From Obrimoposthia wandeli (Eukaryota), in contig CDROCS010000506.1 of the NCBI GenBank assembly GCA_977020255.1, positions 434,001-498,000 of the forward strand: a DNA stretch of 64,000 nucleotides, written 5' to 3'. Position numbers and translations under genes: made by a program. The notes beneath the pieces were generated by a model. That model saw nothing but the letters and a program-made list of their open reading frames with translations. It had not been told where the DNA came from and ran no database searches. Below are positions 20,576 to 30,880 of this stretch, in pieces (the first letter of the stretch is position 1; every line of letters begins with the position of its first letter).

Positions 20576-20944
20576 ATGCCTCATGTAGAAATTAAATATT
20601 CAGATAATTTAAACATTAATGTTGATACAATGTTTGATGATGTCGAAAGCATTATCAATGAAAAGGATGCCAGCGCTGGCGAATGTAAGTCAAGAGCTTA
20701 CCCTTGTTCTCAATATAAATACTCCCACGTACTCGTGACAGTATCGTTATTAACAAAGCCTCATCGAGATAAAGCATTCACACAGAGTTTAAGTCTCGAG
20801 ATTGAGAAAGCGATCAAAGTCCACCTTAAACAAAGCTTATATTTTTCGTTAAACATAGAATATAGCCAAGATTACTACACGACAAATATACACAGTGTTG
20901 ATGGTGATAAATTAGTGAGAATGGTTGATAACGTCATAAATTAA
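20576..20944 (+). CDS. 5-carboxymethyl-2-hydroxymuconate isomerase-like tautomerase
   Basis: Starts MPH (catalytic Pro-1); MPH.EIKYS.N, KSRA and KPHR motifs; GGGA SD. Confidence 0.78.
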   Translation: MPHVEIKYSDNLNINVDTMFDDVESIINEKDASAGECKSRAYPCSQYKYSHVLVTVSLLTKPHRDKAFTQSLSLEIEKAIKVHLKQSLYFSLNIEYSQDYYTTNIHSVDGDKLVRMVDNVIN

Positions 20945-20965
20945 CAAGCACAAATGCAATAACAC

Positions 20966-20992
20966 AAAAAGCACGCTAGCTAGCGTGCTTTT
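20966..20992. terminator. Bidirectional terminator/palindrome, copy 2
   Basis: AAAAGCACGCTAGCTAGCGTGCTTTT perfect palindrome between convergent genes. Confidence 0.8.
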
Positions 20993-21056
20993 ACTTACCT
21001 GTTTATTGTCTTTTGGATATCGACTTGTTATCTATTTGTCATTCATCAAGACCAAA

Positions 21057-23114
21057 CTAAGGCGTGACGATATTAAATACACCTTCTGGCTGGTCAAGCA
21101 ATGAGAAGAAGTTAACTAAACCAAGTTTACTGCCTTCAATACTCAAGTCATCTGATAGTAATACTTCAGACACGCCTGCTACACCAATAACCAAATCAAT
21201 AAATAGCTCATGACTAATATTTAATGTTGCATCTGCTGTCGTATCTTTAGGCGCAAGTTCATGACGTAATACGGCATTATCTAGTGTTAACACATAGTTT
21301 TTCTTCAAGTCAGTAAAGTTAATGTTTAACGTGAACTCTTCACCAAATGCTTCAGGGCCAATAACGCGCGCCCCCATACTTTCAAAGAACTTATCAACCG
21401 GTGTTTGTAATAAAATCACTTTCATTGACGCTAAATCGATCACCTTATCAGCAGCGCCATGACGTAATTCATAGGCACCTGAAAGGTAAACATCACGCCA
21501 AGGGGCTGATTCAGCTTGATAGCCTAATTGATCATAGCTACTCGCGAGTAGTTCTTTAGCATCTTCGTTATCTGCATCAGCAAATACAACGTGGTTTAAT
21601 AGCTCAGCACTCCAACGGTACTCACCTTTATCATAAGCCGCTTGTGCGCTGATGATAACGGCTTCTGCACCGCCCATTAACGTCACATACTTAGACGCTG
21701 ATTCATATTCAGGTAATGGATCTAAATTAACCGGATTCGCATCGTACCAGCCAAGATAAGCCTGATAAATTGCTTTCGCATTATGTTTCACAGTACCGTA
21801 ATAACCGCGACTCGAGAAAGTATTGGCCAGTTTTGGTGGCATTTCGATTTCTTCAGCAATTTCTTTCGGTGTTAGGCCAGCATTCATCATACGTACAGAC
21901 TGATCGTGAATGTACTGATAGGTATCACGTTGGGTGACCAAGAATTCATTGATATTGTCTTGTCCCCATACTGGCCAATGATGACTACCAAAATAAATGT
22001 CTGCGTCTTTTTGCTCTTCGATAGCCTCATCAATCGACTTACTCCACAGCACAGCATCACGCACGTGTGCACCACGTAGGGTATACAAGTTATGCATTGT
22101 CTTCGATACCATTTCGGCACCGCAATACGCTTTCATTGCAGGTAAGTAGAAGGTGAATTCTGATGGTGCTTCAGTACCAGATACAATTTGGAATTCAAAT
22201 TCAACACCATCAATAATCTTAGTTTCATTGCTGCTAACCGTTAATGTCGGCGCTAAAATACTGAAGGTACCAAACGGGACTGCTTTACCTAAACCAGCAT
22301 CCACGTGTCCGCGCTCAGAACGTGGTAATAAATTACCGTACATATAACTTGCACGTTTACTCATCGCAGGACCCGCGATAATATTTTCGTTGGTTGCTTC
22401 TTCCATAAAGCCACCCGGCGCGACAACTTCAATATCAGCAACATCATTACCTGCCGCTTCAAGCAGTCCATTCACACCACCAAAATGATCCATGTGGCTA
22501 TGGGTAAATACGATAGTCGATACCGGGCGATAGCCAAGTTGTTTATTTACAAAGTCGAGAGCTTTTTTAGCCGTTTCAGACGTCGTTAGCGGATCAACAA
22601 TGATCCAGCCTTTTTTGCCTTCAATGATCGTCATGTTGGCTAAATCAAAGCCACGGATCTGATAAATACCTTCCGTTACTTTAAACAGACCATTAATATT
22701 ATTTAGCTTAGCTTGACGCCATAAACTTGGGTTAACACTGTTTGGCGCTTGCCCATTAATAAAGTCATAAGCAGACAGATCCATAATCGTTGTGCCGTCG
22801 CTATATTTAACAACGAATTCAGGAAGAGTGGCAATAAAACCACGATTAGCATCGGTAAAATCTTGTTTATTTTCGAAAGGAAGTTCTTCAAAAACGGACT
22901 GATTCAATTCAGTCGTATATTCTGAGGCAGGTGTGAATCCATATTTATCTGGATTAGTACTCGCGTATTTTTCATCATCGCTCTGGCCGCAAGCAGCTAA
23001 AAATAAACTACCGGAAGCAATAACAGCTAATGGGAAGTATCTCTTTAATTTACAATTATTGTAGATTGCATTTTGAATCCGCTTGCTTAAGTTCTTTTTA
23101 TTAAACATGTCCAT
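21057..23114 (-). CDS. Alkyl/aryl sulfatase (SdsA1/YjcS type, metallo-beta-lactamase fold), lipoprotein
   Basis: LAAC lipobox, NPSLWRQA.LN, THSHMDHFGG (HxHxDH), GTEAPSE, HNLYTLRG, SHHWP; C-terminal SCP2-like domain. Confidence 0.92.
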   Translation of the reverse strand: MDMFNKKNLSKRIQNAIYNNCKLKRYFPLAVIASGSLFLAACGQSDDEKYASTNPDKYGFTPASEYTTELNQSVFEELPFENKQDFTDANRGFIATLPEFVVKYSDGTTIMDLSAYDFINGQAPNSVNPSLWRQAKLNNINGLFKVTEGIYQIRGFDLANMTIIEGKKGWIIVDPLTTSETAKKALDFVNKQLGYRPVSTIVFTHSHMDHFGGVNGLLEAAGNDVADIEVVAPGGFMEEATNENIIAGPAMSKRASYMYGNLLPRSERGHVDAGLGKAVPFGTFSILAPTLTVSSNETKIIDGVEFEFQIVSGTEAPSEFTFYLPAMKAYCGAEMVSKTMHNLYTLRGAHVRDAVLWSKSIDEAIEEQKDADIYFGSHHWPVWGQDNINEFLVTQRDTYQYIHDQSVRMMNAGLTPKEIAEEIEMPPKLANTFSSRGYYGTVKHNAKAIYQAYLGWYDANPVNLDPLPEYESASKYVTLMGGAEAVIISAQAAYDKGEYRWSAELLNHVVFADADNEDAKELLASSYDQLGYQAESAPWRDVYLSGAYELRHGAADKVIDLASMKVILLQTPVDKFFESMGARVIGPEAFGEEFTLNINFTDLKKNYVLTLDNAVLRHELAPKDTTADATLNISHELFIDLVIGVAGVSEVLLSDDLSIEGSKLGLVNFFSLLDQPEGVFNIVTP

Positions 23115-23276
23115 ATAGCCATTAGTAGTTACGATAATGACAAGGTATCACAACTTATTAACAAGCCATTTATCATTTTGCGCCCACTTAGTATTTGCAT
23201 CTAAGGGCGCTACTAATGAACTGTTTTTTAAAACCTTTTTACGACCTTTTTCACGACACTTGTTACCACACTAATG

Positions 23277-24296
23277 TTACGATGTTTGTTTACGGCACTT
23301 GTTACGACAATCTTCACGATACTGTGATGGGGATTGTGCAAACCAGGTTTGAAATGCGCGGGTAAAGTTACCCATGTTCTTATAACCTAAGTTTTCTGAA
23401 ATGATTAAGATTGACTCTTCTGTTTTAGTCAAATAATGCACAGCCAGTTCTTGGCGTTTGTGTTTTAAAATATCTCTAAACGTCAGGCCTTCTTCTTTCA
23501 AACTGCGGCTAATTGAGCGTACGCTCATATTCAACATCACTGCAATCTCGTCTAATGTCGGTTCGCTATTAGCAATTGAACTGTGTATCAAGCGCTCAAT
23601 CTTTTCAGTTAATGACATTTTATCTAAACCAAAGCTGCTTGCCATTTTCTTTTCAAGCATGAGATTTTTAACTGAAAACTGCGTTAACACCGATTTATTC
23701 AGCCATAAGCAATTTACTTCCTGACTAAATTTGGCATCACAACTAAAACTGTCGACCCAAGGGCGGATACTTTTAGGTTTACTGCGAACCAGATCAACGT
23801 GGTGTATAAACGAATCTGAATCAACAAAATCATTAATAATACTGACAAAAGAAGAGAAGAACGCATCAATAGACATATCGCTAATTTCCACCCCTTCTAG
23901 TGGCGAGATAGTCACGCCAAGCAAATGCGGGGTATTATTCAGCGTCAGACAAACCGAGTTACTTAACTTACCGTAATAACTCGGCAGCCCTTCAAGTACT
24001 TGCAGTAATGAGTCAGACTTTTTAATCAGGTGGTTATAAATATGATTTTTTTTGATATTTGAATACTGACCAACAATCAGACCAAAGTGTGGCATCTGAG
24101 TGATCAGTGCTACTTCTTTCCACAGTGCCGTCATCTGTTTTATATCAAGCAAGGAATTAGGATCGTCCTGTATATCCGTTAATGAGATACCCGCATTTTT
24201 AAACACCTCATTAGGATTAAACCCTTTCGCATCTAGCGCATTAGCGATAGATAAACTCCATGCCGCGATCGTTGTATATTTAATTGCTTGATTCAT
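23277..24296 (-). CDS. AraC family transcriptional regulator (OruR/VqsM-like N-terminal domain)
   Basis: C-terminal double HTH (IAVMLNMSVRSISRSLKEEG; LGYKNMGNFTRAFQTWFAQSPSQYR); N-terminal P.FGL.VG motif. Confidence 0.9.
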   Translation of the reverse strand: MNQAIKYTTIAAWSLSIANALDAKGFNPNEVFKNAGISLTDIQDDPNSLLDIKQMTALWKEVALITQMPHFGLIVGQYSNIKKNHIYNHLIKKSDSLLQVLEGLPSYYGKLSNSVCLTLNNTPHLLGVTISPLEGVEISDMSIDAFFSSFVSIINDFVDSDSFIHHVDLVRSKPKSIRPWVDSFSCDAKFSQEVNCLWLNKSVLTQFSVKNLMLEKKMASSFGLDKMSLTEKIERLIHSSIANSEPTLDEIAVMLNMSVRSISRSLKEEGLTFRDILKHKRQELAVHYLTKTEESILIISENLGYKNMGNFTRAFQTWFAQSPSQYREDCRNKCRKQTS

Positions 24297-24602
24297 AATC
24301 TATAAACCTTTGAAATTACGTATTTATTATTTAAATATAAGTTATTAATACTCATGCATTTAAATTAACAATTAATATACTAAATTTAAAGGGGCTTACC
24401 GACATAATCAAGTTTAGGTCTAAACAATCAAGCTAATTGCTTAAAGCATCAGCGTTTCATCCAGCTACATTTATTAAATAAGTGGTCAATTGAACAATTG
24501 GCTCAGCGCTAGAACCAAGTAATTATGTTTAACACTCTAAAAGCTGTCATACTAGGTTATAAAATTTAGTATTTTGATGACGAAGAATAAAGAGAGAAAC
24601 CA

Positions 24603-24869
24603 ATGATCAATATTTACCGCGTATCTTTTCCTGATGGCAGTGTTTACATCGCAGCGAAGAAAACACCACCAGCAAACGCAGTTAAAAGCTATGAGTGGGC
24701 TAAAAATCACGCTGACCCAACTCGTCCATTAGTTGTTGCTTACCTGAAAAGTAAAGGTCAAAGCACGTTAGAAATGTTACATACAAATCTAACACCAGAC
24801 ATGGCTAAGAAATTGAAAAGAAGATATATCGTTGAAGCAAGACAAGCAAAACAATACGTTGTTGTTTAA
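24603..24869 (+). CDS. Small hypothetical protein, GIY-YIG-like N-terminus
   Basis: 88 aa, purine-rich SD, NIYRVSFPDGSVYIA resembles the GIY-N9/11-YIG hairpin; a terminator hairpin follows. Confidence 0.6.
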   Translation: MINIYRVSFPDGSVYIAAKKTPPANAVKSYEWAKNHADPTRPLVVAYLKSKGQSTLEMLHTNLTPDMAKKLKRRYIVEARQAKQYVVV

Positions 24870-24921
24870 CGATTATTAATAGCGTCTTATAACGACGTAT
24901 AGTGTGTAGCCATACACACCG

Positions 24922-24957
24922 AAAACACACATAACAACGGAACTGTTTGTGTGTTTT
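24922..24957. terminator. Hairpin between the convergent hypothetical gene and nosL
   Basis: AAAACACACA...TGTGTGTTTT 10-bp stem with an inner AACA/TGTT pair. Confidence 0.55.
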
Positions 24958-24993
24958 GCCCTTATCTTCAACAAAAATATCCCCCCAATTCAA

Positions 24994-25488
24994 TTAAAGA
25001 TCTGCAAGTGTAATGTCATCAAATTGATATAATTGACCACCGAATTCCTGCACAAACGTTTCCGCATCTGATTTATCACTAAAACTACCTAACGTCTGCC
25101 CCATTGCACCAGTTTTGCTTGAACCTATAACAAACCAAGCCAGCTTAGCATCAATGAAATGCTCATCGTTTGGTTGACCCCAAGGTGTTTTACTCATGTC
25201 ATGCACATAGATTTCTCGTACTTGGCGTTTATTTTCGGGTTGCAGAATAAAACCAAACAGATCTCGCGTAGAACAAAATTTATTAATGTTGTCTTGGTTG
25301 GCAGTATAACTTTCCCCTTTCGGCCCAGGGAAGTTACTGATTGTCATGCCACATAAATGACAGCTATCCGCTTGTTCAATCTTCACCGCTTGCTGCACCA
25401 TTACCTGCTGCTCTGTTTGTTCACTACAACCGACAGCAAATGCTAGAAAAATACCAAGAGACAAGATTTTCAATTTTGAGTTAAACAT
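24994..25488 (-). CDS. nosL: Nitrous oxide reductase accessory copper lipoprotein NosL
   Basis: Lipobox AVGC, CHLCGM, GPKGE, FCSTRD, YVHDM, GAMG motifs. Confidence 0.95.
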   Translation of the reverse strand: MFNSKLKILSLGIFLAFAVGCSEQTEQQVMVQQAVKIEQADSCHLCGMTISNFPGPKGESYTANQDNINKFCSTRDLFGFILQPENKRQVREIYVHDMSKTPWGQPNDEHFIDAKLAWFVIGSSKTGAMGQTLGSFSDKSDAETFVQEFGGQLYQFDDITLADL

Positions 25489-25504
25489 AAATATTCCTTC
25501 ATTA

Positions 25505-25573
25505 ATTTAATGCTATTTAGTTATAAAATTTAATGCTATTTCGTTATAAAATTTAATGCTATTTCGTTATAAA
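25505..25573. repeat. Tandem repeat, 3 x 23 bp, in the nosY-nosL spacer
   Basis: ATTTAATGCTATTT(A/C)GTTATAAA at 25505, 25528 and 25551; one mismatch in total. Confidence 0.95.
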
Positions 25574-25588
25574 TAGGCTTGATGATAG

Positions 25589-26407
25589 CTAAAGCTTTTT
25601 ATTGGCAAACACAACTCTCGCCACTGTCAAAGGCACCAGTATCCACGCCAGCATAATCGTCATTAATACCGAGATAGATTGACTCGAGTTAATCGCCACT
25701 GCAATCACACCATTAACATCGCCACTATCTAACGCAGCAAGGTTAATCAAACGAAACACATCGGCAGGATTAAACATCATCACATTGACGAGCCCTTGTT
25801 GAGTCAAACCATCATCGACCCCCACTAACGCCGCCAGTAGCGCCAAATCAAATACCAAGACAAAGAAAAACCACACCAACAAGGCAATGCCCGCGGCTTT
25901 TGATTTTTCATTCACAGCAATGCTGATCACGTAAGCCACACTGATAAATACCAACCCTAGCAAGGTGGCGGTAACAATGAATAAACCAAAGGCTGCAAAC
26001 ACGCCCTCAAACCCAGATTGCAAACCTATCATGACTGCAGCACTACCAAATCCCAGTACGGTCGCTAAGGTAATAATCGCGCCTTGACCGACAAACTTAC
26101 CCAACAGTAATTGCCCTTTACTGAGCGGATACGTCAATAACAACAACAAGGTACCCGCTTCCTGCTCGCCGACAAAACTGTCGTAACTCAATAGCAAGGC
26201 AATCAACGGGATCAAAAACACGGCAAGGCTAGACAAACTGGCAATGATTGAAGACAGCGAAGCGCTCCCCTCCCCGCCAGATGCAGCGGCGCCGTAATAA
26301 CTCAAGCCTAACGATAAAATTGAAAACACCGCCGTAATAGACACAAACCAACGGTTTCTTAAGCCATCTTGAAACTCTTTACTGGCAACCGCTAAAATAG
26401 CATTCAT
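25589..26407 (-). CDS. nosY: ABC permease NosY
   Basis: KEFQDGLRNRW, LIALLLSYD..VGEQEAGTL.LLL.YP, NPADVFR motifs. Confidence 0.95.
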   Translation of the reverse strand: MNAILAVASKEFQDGLRNRWFVSITAVFSILSLGLSYYGAAASGGEGSASLSSIIASLSSLAVFLIPLIALLLSYDSFVGEQEAGTLLLLLTYPLSKGQLLLGKFVGQGAIITLATVLGFGSAAVMIGLQSGFEGVFAAFGLFIVTATLLGLVFISVAYVISIAVNEKSKAAGIALLVWFFFVLVFDLALLAALVGVDDGLTQQGLVNVMMFNPADVFRLINLAALDSGDVNGVIAVAINSSQSISVLMTIMLAWILVPLTVARVVFANKKL

Positions 26408-27399
26408 GATGCAACTCCTTCATTGATTTTTGTCGTCGTTGCTGCCGTCGTTGCATTAGCATTAGACAAGCCTTGAATGCCACTAGCTCTCGACTTGCCT
26501 TTGATTACAGCGGCATGAGATAAATAATACTGATACAACTGCTCTAAACTGGCTGATTCCACACTAACATCAGTCAGTCCGTCATATGCCATGAGTTGTT
26601 TTAACGCACTGATTTTTTCATGTTCCTGCACATGTAAACGGCCGTTGCCTTGGATGAAACCAGCTAATAGTGGATCAACGCTTAACTGCGCACTGATACC
26701 TTGTGTCTGAATAACCACAGGTAAACTGGCTTGTTCACGTAATTGCGCCAAGCTACCTATCGCAATAGCTTGTCCGCCCGATAAAATCATCGCCCGTTCG
26801 ATATGCTGCTCAACGCCTGGTAATACATGTGAGCATAAAATAATGCTGGCACCACGCTGTTTTAAACCATCGACAGAGTGATAGAATTCTTGCGTCGCAG
26901 TGGGATCTAAACCTACAGTTGGTTCATCTAATAACAGCAATTTCGGTTCGCCAAGAAACGCTTGCGCGAGTCCTAATCGTTGGCGCATGCCTTTGGAGTA
27001 TGTTTTAACCTGACGTTGCATCGCGTGAGTCAAGCCTACTAATTCTAATAATTCAGCTACTTGAGTACGTGGTACAGACTTTAACTTAGCAAAGTAACGT
27101 AATACTTCCACGCCCGTTAGGTGATCATAAAAGCTAACATTCTCAGGCAGATAACCAATATGACGACGGTCTTGCCATGCTTGTTTGGATTGCGGATCAC
27201 GACCAAAAATACTGACGTCACCACTGCTGGCTTTTTCAATCCCTAAGATAATTTTCATCATGGTGGTTTTGCCGGCACCGTTGTGGCCAAACAGCCCCAA
27301 CACTTCACCTTCAGCAAGCTCTAATGAGATATTGTTCAATGCTTTTAATCGCTGAAAATGCTTGCTGACATTAGTCATAGTTACAATTGAAGAGGTCAT
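26404..27399 (-). CDS. nosF: ABC ATP-binding protein NosF
   Basis: Walker A GHNGAGKT, signature YSKGMRQR, Walker B LLLLDEP; nos context. Confidence 0.95.
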   Translation of the reverse strand: MTSSIVTMTNVSKHFQRLKALNNISLELAEGEVLGLFGHNGAGKTTMMKIILGIEKASSGDVSIFGRDPQSKQAWQDRRHIGYLPENVSFYDHLTGVEVLRYFAKLKSVPRTQVAELLELVGLTHAMQRQVKTYSKGMRQRLGLAQAFLGEPKLLLLDEPTVGLDPTATQEFYHSVDGLKQRGASIILCSHVLPGVEQHIERAMILSGGQAIAIGSLAQLREQASLPVVIQTQGISAQLSVDPLLAGFIQGNGRLHVQEHEKISALKQLMAYDGLTDVSVESASLEQLYQYYLSHAAVIKGKSRASGIQGLSNANATTAATTTKINEGVAS

Positions 27400-28790
27400 A
27401 ATGAGTCTGTTGCCTCGCTATTTTTTGTGGACGTATTGTGAATACTGCTCGGGGTCATTAATGGATGGCTGTCTTTTACGCCGCCGGGTTTTAATATCGG
27501 AAATTGATTTTGTACCCAACGTAATAACAATACTGCGGGGCTATCAAGTAACACTTTCGCTTCTGGATATTCCCACACCATCTTATCAATACCATCATTG
27601 GGCTCAAATGCAGTATCACCTTTACCGTCACCGTCGAGATCCCAGCCTAGGTAGTTGCTCCAATAATTACCGATGCCATCAAGGCTCCATTCTTGGCGTT
27701 TGTTAGACACGTATTTCACTTGAATTGGGTTATTAATAAAGTTGTTGCCGTATACCTTTGAATGCTCAGAACCTGCGGTTAAATGAATACCAATTTCGGC
27801 GGTATCAACGGTATTGTATTTAATGGTGTTGTAACCTGAGTTGTAGATGAATAACCCTTTACCATCACGCCCTAATACCTTGTTTTCAGGCTTGGTCCAA
27901 ACGTCTTTTATGTGATTATTTGAGATCTCTGAAAAAGTAATGAAGTTGAGTAAAAAACCATAGTTTTCGGTATTCAAACTGCGGTTACCTGATACAGTTA
28001 GCTTACGCGAGCTCATTAAGGCATAACCCACTCGAGCGTTATATGAGAAGTTATTCAATACTTTGTTATTATGTGAATACATATAGTGGATGCCAAAACG
28101 CAGATCATGCAGGGTATTGTTTCTGAGTTCATTTTCTTGGCTGGAAATAATATACAGACCATCACGTGTTTCGCTTACCGTATTCCCTTCGACTAAGGCT
28201 TTTTTTACCATCGAAAGCTGAATACCATTACCACGGTCTGAGGTGCGTAATGTGGCATTACCTGTTACTTGATTATTCTTAATGAGTACATCTTGGCTAC
28301 GTTGGATCCAGATACCGAAACCACCGCCTGTTAATATGTTATTTTGCACTGTGATGTTAGTGGATCTCTTATCGGTATAAATACCCGAGTCCTGTTCTGT
28401 TAAATCACTGCCCCAATTCTTAATGCTCAGGTTTTGAATGGTTATATTTGAATTTCGTAGCTCAATACCATGACCGCTACCATTAGCATTAATGACAGCG
28501 CGATTTTCACCAGCAATACTCTCTGTTTCACCAGCCACGTTACCAATAACATTCTCTATTTCACCAATAACAGTGATGCTTTTATTAACGATGAAATTAC
28601 CTCTGTATTCGCCCGCGGCAATAATGACAACATCACCATCATCAGCACGGTTTAATGAAGCTTGGAGATCGTCATCAGGCGTAACGTGAATGTTTTTCGC
28701 CAGAGCAGTCAACGGCAAACAGATCAATAATACGAACCACGTTAATACGGTAAATGCATATTTAGCCATTAACACTCTCTTTTCAATCAT
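27396..28790 (-). CDS. nosD: Periplasmic maturation protein NosD
   Basis: Beta-helix repeats, RGNGI, RDG.Y, LRFGIHYMYS, GNYWS.YLGWD..GDG.GD motifs. Confidence 0.95.
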   Translation of the reverse strand: MIEKRVLMAKYAFTVLTWFVLLICLPLTALAKNIHVTPDDDLQASLNRADDGDVVIIAAGEYRGNFIVNKSITVIGEIENVIGNVAGETESIAGENRAVINANGSGHGIELRNSNITIQNLSIKNWGSDLTEQDSGIYTDKRSTNITVQNNILTGGGFGIWIQRSQDVLIKNNQVTGNATLRTSDRGNGIQLSMVKKALVEGNTVSETRDGLYIISSQENELRNNTLHDLRFGIHYMYSHNNKVLNNFSYNARVGYALMSSRKLTVSGNRSLNTENYGFLLNFITFSEISNNHIKDVWTKPENKVLGRDGKGLFIYNSGYNTIKYNTVDTAEIGIHLTAGSEHSKVYGNNFINNPIQVKYVSNKRQEWSLDGIGNYWSNYLGWDLDGDGKGDTAFEPNDGIDKMVWEYPEAKVLLDSPAVLLLRWVQNQFPILKPGGVKDSHPLMTPSSIHNTSTKNSEATDSL

Positions 28791-28861
28791 AAAAGTACAA
28801 TAACAAGAAGCAACTAAAGTGCTACTCCCCGTTATTTTATTCAGTTCAGTATTGCTAAGCT

Positions 28862-30766
28862 TTACGCCTCAACTAGCATACGACCACGCATTTCCATGTG
28901 TAACGCATGACAGAACCAGTTACAGTAATACCATTGCACGCCGGGTTTATTGGCGATAAAGGTGATTGAAGCAGTCGCTTGTGGACCAATTTCCATTTGC
29001 ACACCGTGGTTGGTCATGCAGAAACCATGAGTAACGTCTTCAACCATATCCAAGTTAGTGACGACAACCGTGACTTCATCACCTAATTTAACCTTGAACT
29101 CATTCATGCCATACACAGGCGCAACAGATGTCATGTATACACGCACCTTGTTACCATCACGGATAACCTTGTTATCGCTCATCGTATTAACACCGTCCGC
29201 TTTCGCCATTGCCAGTGTTTCAGCAAACATAGAGTCATCGCGTGTCCACAATTTCTGTGGTTTCACTTTACTACGGTGCACGATCATACAATCATGTGGT
29301 TCAGCGAATGTTGGACCATCGTGTACCAGTTTCATTTCATCACCAGAAATATCAATTAACTGATCATTTTCAGGACGTAAAGGACCCACAGGTAAGAAAC
29401 GGTCTTTCGAGAATTTACATAAAGAAACTAGCCACTTGCCATCAGCATCACGGGTCTCACCTTGTGACGTATGGTTATGTCCAGGTTGATAATGCACATC
29501 GAGTTTTTGCTTAATGTAATTTACTTTTTCGCCGTTATGCGCACGGATCGCTTCTTCAACATCCCATTTGGCAATTTGGCTATCAAGGAATAACGTTGTA
29601 TAAGCGTAACCTCGATTATCAAACGCTGTATGCAGTGGACCTAAACCCAGTTCAGGTTCTGCAACTATGGTATCGCGAGGTTTGATCTTGTCATCGAACA
29701 AGGCATCGAGTTTATCAATCGCAATAATCGATACTGTTGGCGATAACTTACCATTGGCGACAAAATACTTACCACTTGGCGAGGTATTAATACCGTGCGG
29801 TGATTTTGGTACTGGGATATAACGCGTAAGTTCAGAACCTTTACGACCATCGAGTACAGGTACGCCATTACCATTATAAGTTTTGAATTTACCGGCCTTT
29901 AGCGCCGCTTCACAACGCGCTAGACTGAATACCACGACATGGTCACGCTCGGAAGAAATCATTTCACCTAAGCTCATGCCCATTTCTGAGTTGTAACAAG
30001 TTGAGGCAAAGTATTTACCGTCATAATCAGCATCGGTATTATCGAGGTTACCGTCGACCATAACTTGGAAAGCCATTTCCATCGTGTCGGCATTAATAAC
30101 GTTGAACAGCGAACGATAAGTGCTTACATCTTCCATTGATGCTTTACCATCATTGTTCATCGGTATTTCAAACTCACCATTACAGATCACGTATTTAGTG
30201 TACGGTACTTTTTGTACGCGTAGACCATGCACGGCTTGTACGTTTGGCACCGTTAGCATTTTATCTGTTTTCATCACATCACAGCGAATACGAGCAACAC
30301 GTGAATTGGCTTTATCATTGATGAACACATATTTACCGTTATAACGGCCGTCAGTCATACTCATATGAGGATGGTGTGAATCACCCGCCAAGATATGCGC
30401 ACTCTCACCTTTAATACGTTTACTTTCTTCTGTTAAGCCCCAGCCTGTCGCACTATCAATATTAAAAACAGGAATACGCATTAATTCACGCATGGAAGGT
30501 AAACCCATAATACGAACTTCGCCTGAATGACCACCACTCCAGAAACCATAATACTCATCCAGTTCGCCAGGATGTACAACCGGGCTATTGGCATATTCAA
30601 CACGCTTGGCTTGTGCCATTGACGAGAACATCGCTGCGGACATAGGTGCTAATACAGCGCCTGCACCTAACAATGCTGTTTTGCTAAATAGACTACGGCG
30701 ATCTGCATTCTCTAGGGTTGTTTCTTCAGACACTTCAATATTGTCGTTATTTTTATTATCAATCAT
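28862..30766 (-). CDS. nosZ: Tat-dependent nitrous oxide reductase, clade I
   Basis: Twin-arginine DRRSLF; CuZ histidines (DSHHPH, PHG, GPLH, PGH, EPHD); CuA site HGF...[12 protein letters not shown]. Confidence 0.98.
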   Translation of the reverse strand: MIDNKNNDNIEVSEETTLENADRRSLFSKTALLGAGAVLAPMSAAMFSSMAQAKRVEYANSPVVHPGELDEYYGFWSGGHSGEVRIMGLPSMRELMRIPVFNIDSATGWGLTEESKRIKGESAHILAGDSHHPHMSMTDGRYNGKYVFINDKANSRVARIRCDVMKTDKMLTVPNVQAVHGLRVQKVPYTKYVICNGEFEIPMNNDGKASMEDVSTYRSLFNVINADTMEMAFQVMVDGNLDNTDADYDGKYFASTCYNSEMGMSLGEMISSERDHVVVFSLARCEAALKAGKFKTYNGNGVPVLDGRKGSELTRYIPVPKSPHGINTSPSGKYFVANGKLSPTVSIIAIDKLDALFDDKIKPRDTIVAEPELGLGPLHTAFDNRGYAYTTLFLDSQIAKWDVEEAIRAHNGEKVNYIKQKLDVHYQPGHNHTSQGETRDADGKWLVSLCKFSKDRFLPVGPLRPENDQLIDISGDEMKLVHDGPTFAEPHDCMIVHRSKVKPQKLWTRDDSMFAETLAMAKADGVNTMSDNKVIRDGNKVRVYMTSVAPVYGMNEFKVKLGDEVTVVVTNLDMVEDVTHGFCMTNHGVQMEIGPQATASITFIANKPGVQWYYCNWFCHALHMEMRGRMLVEA

Positions 30767-30880
30767 AAGACTCTCCGTGATATTAAAATTGTTTTATTGT
30801 GATGCGACTAGCTGGTCTTTATTCGGTGCTCATTACTCTTTTTCGGAATTAGGTCTTCATTATTCGGTATTCGCGGCGCT

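Noticed and set aside
20365-20992. Integron attC sites around the tautomerase
   Set aside because: TAAC follows both stop codons, but the RYYYAAC/GTTRRRY cores and L boxes are absent; no integrase in the window.
25505-25573. Possible CRISPR array
   Set aside because: Repeats are directly adjacent with no spacers, and no cas genes are present.
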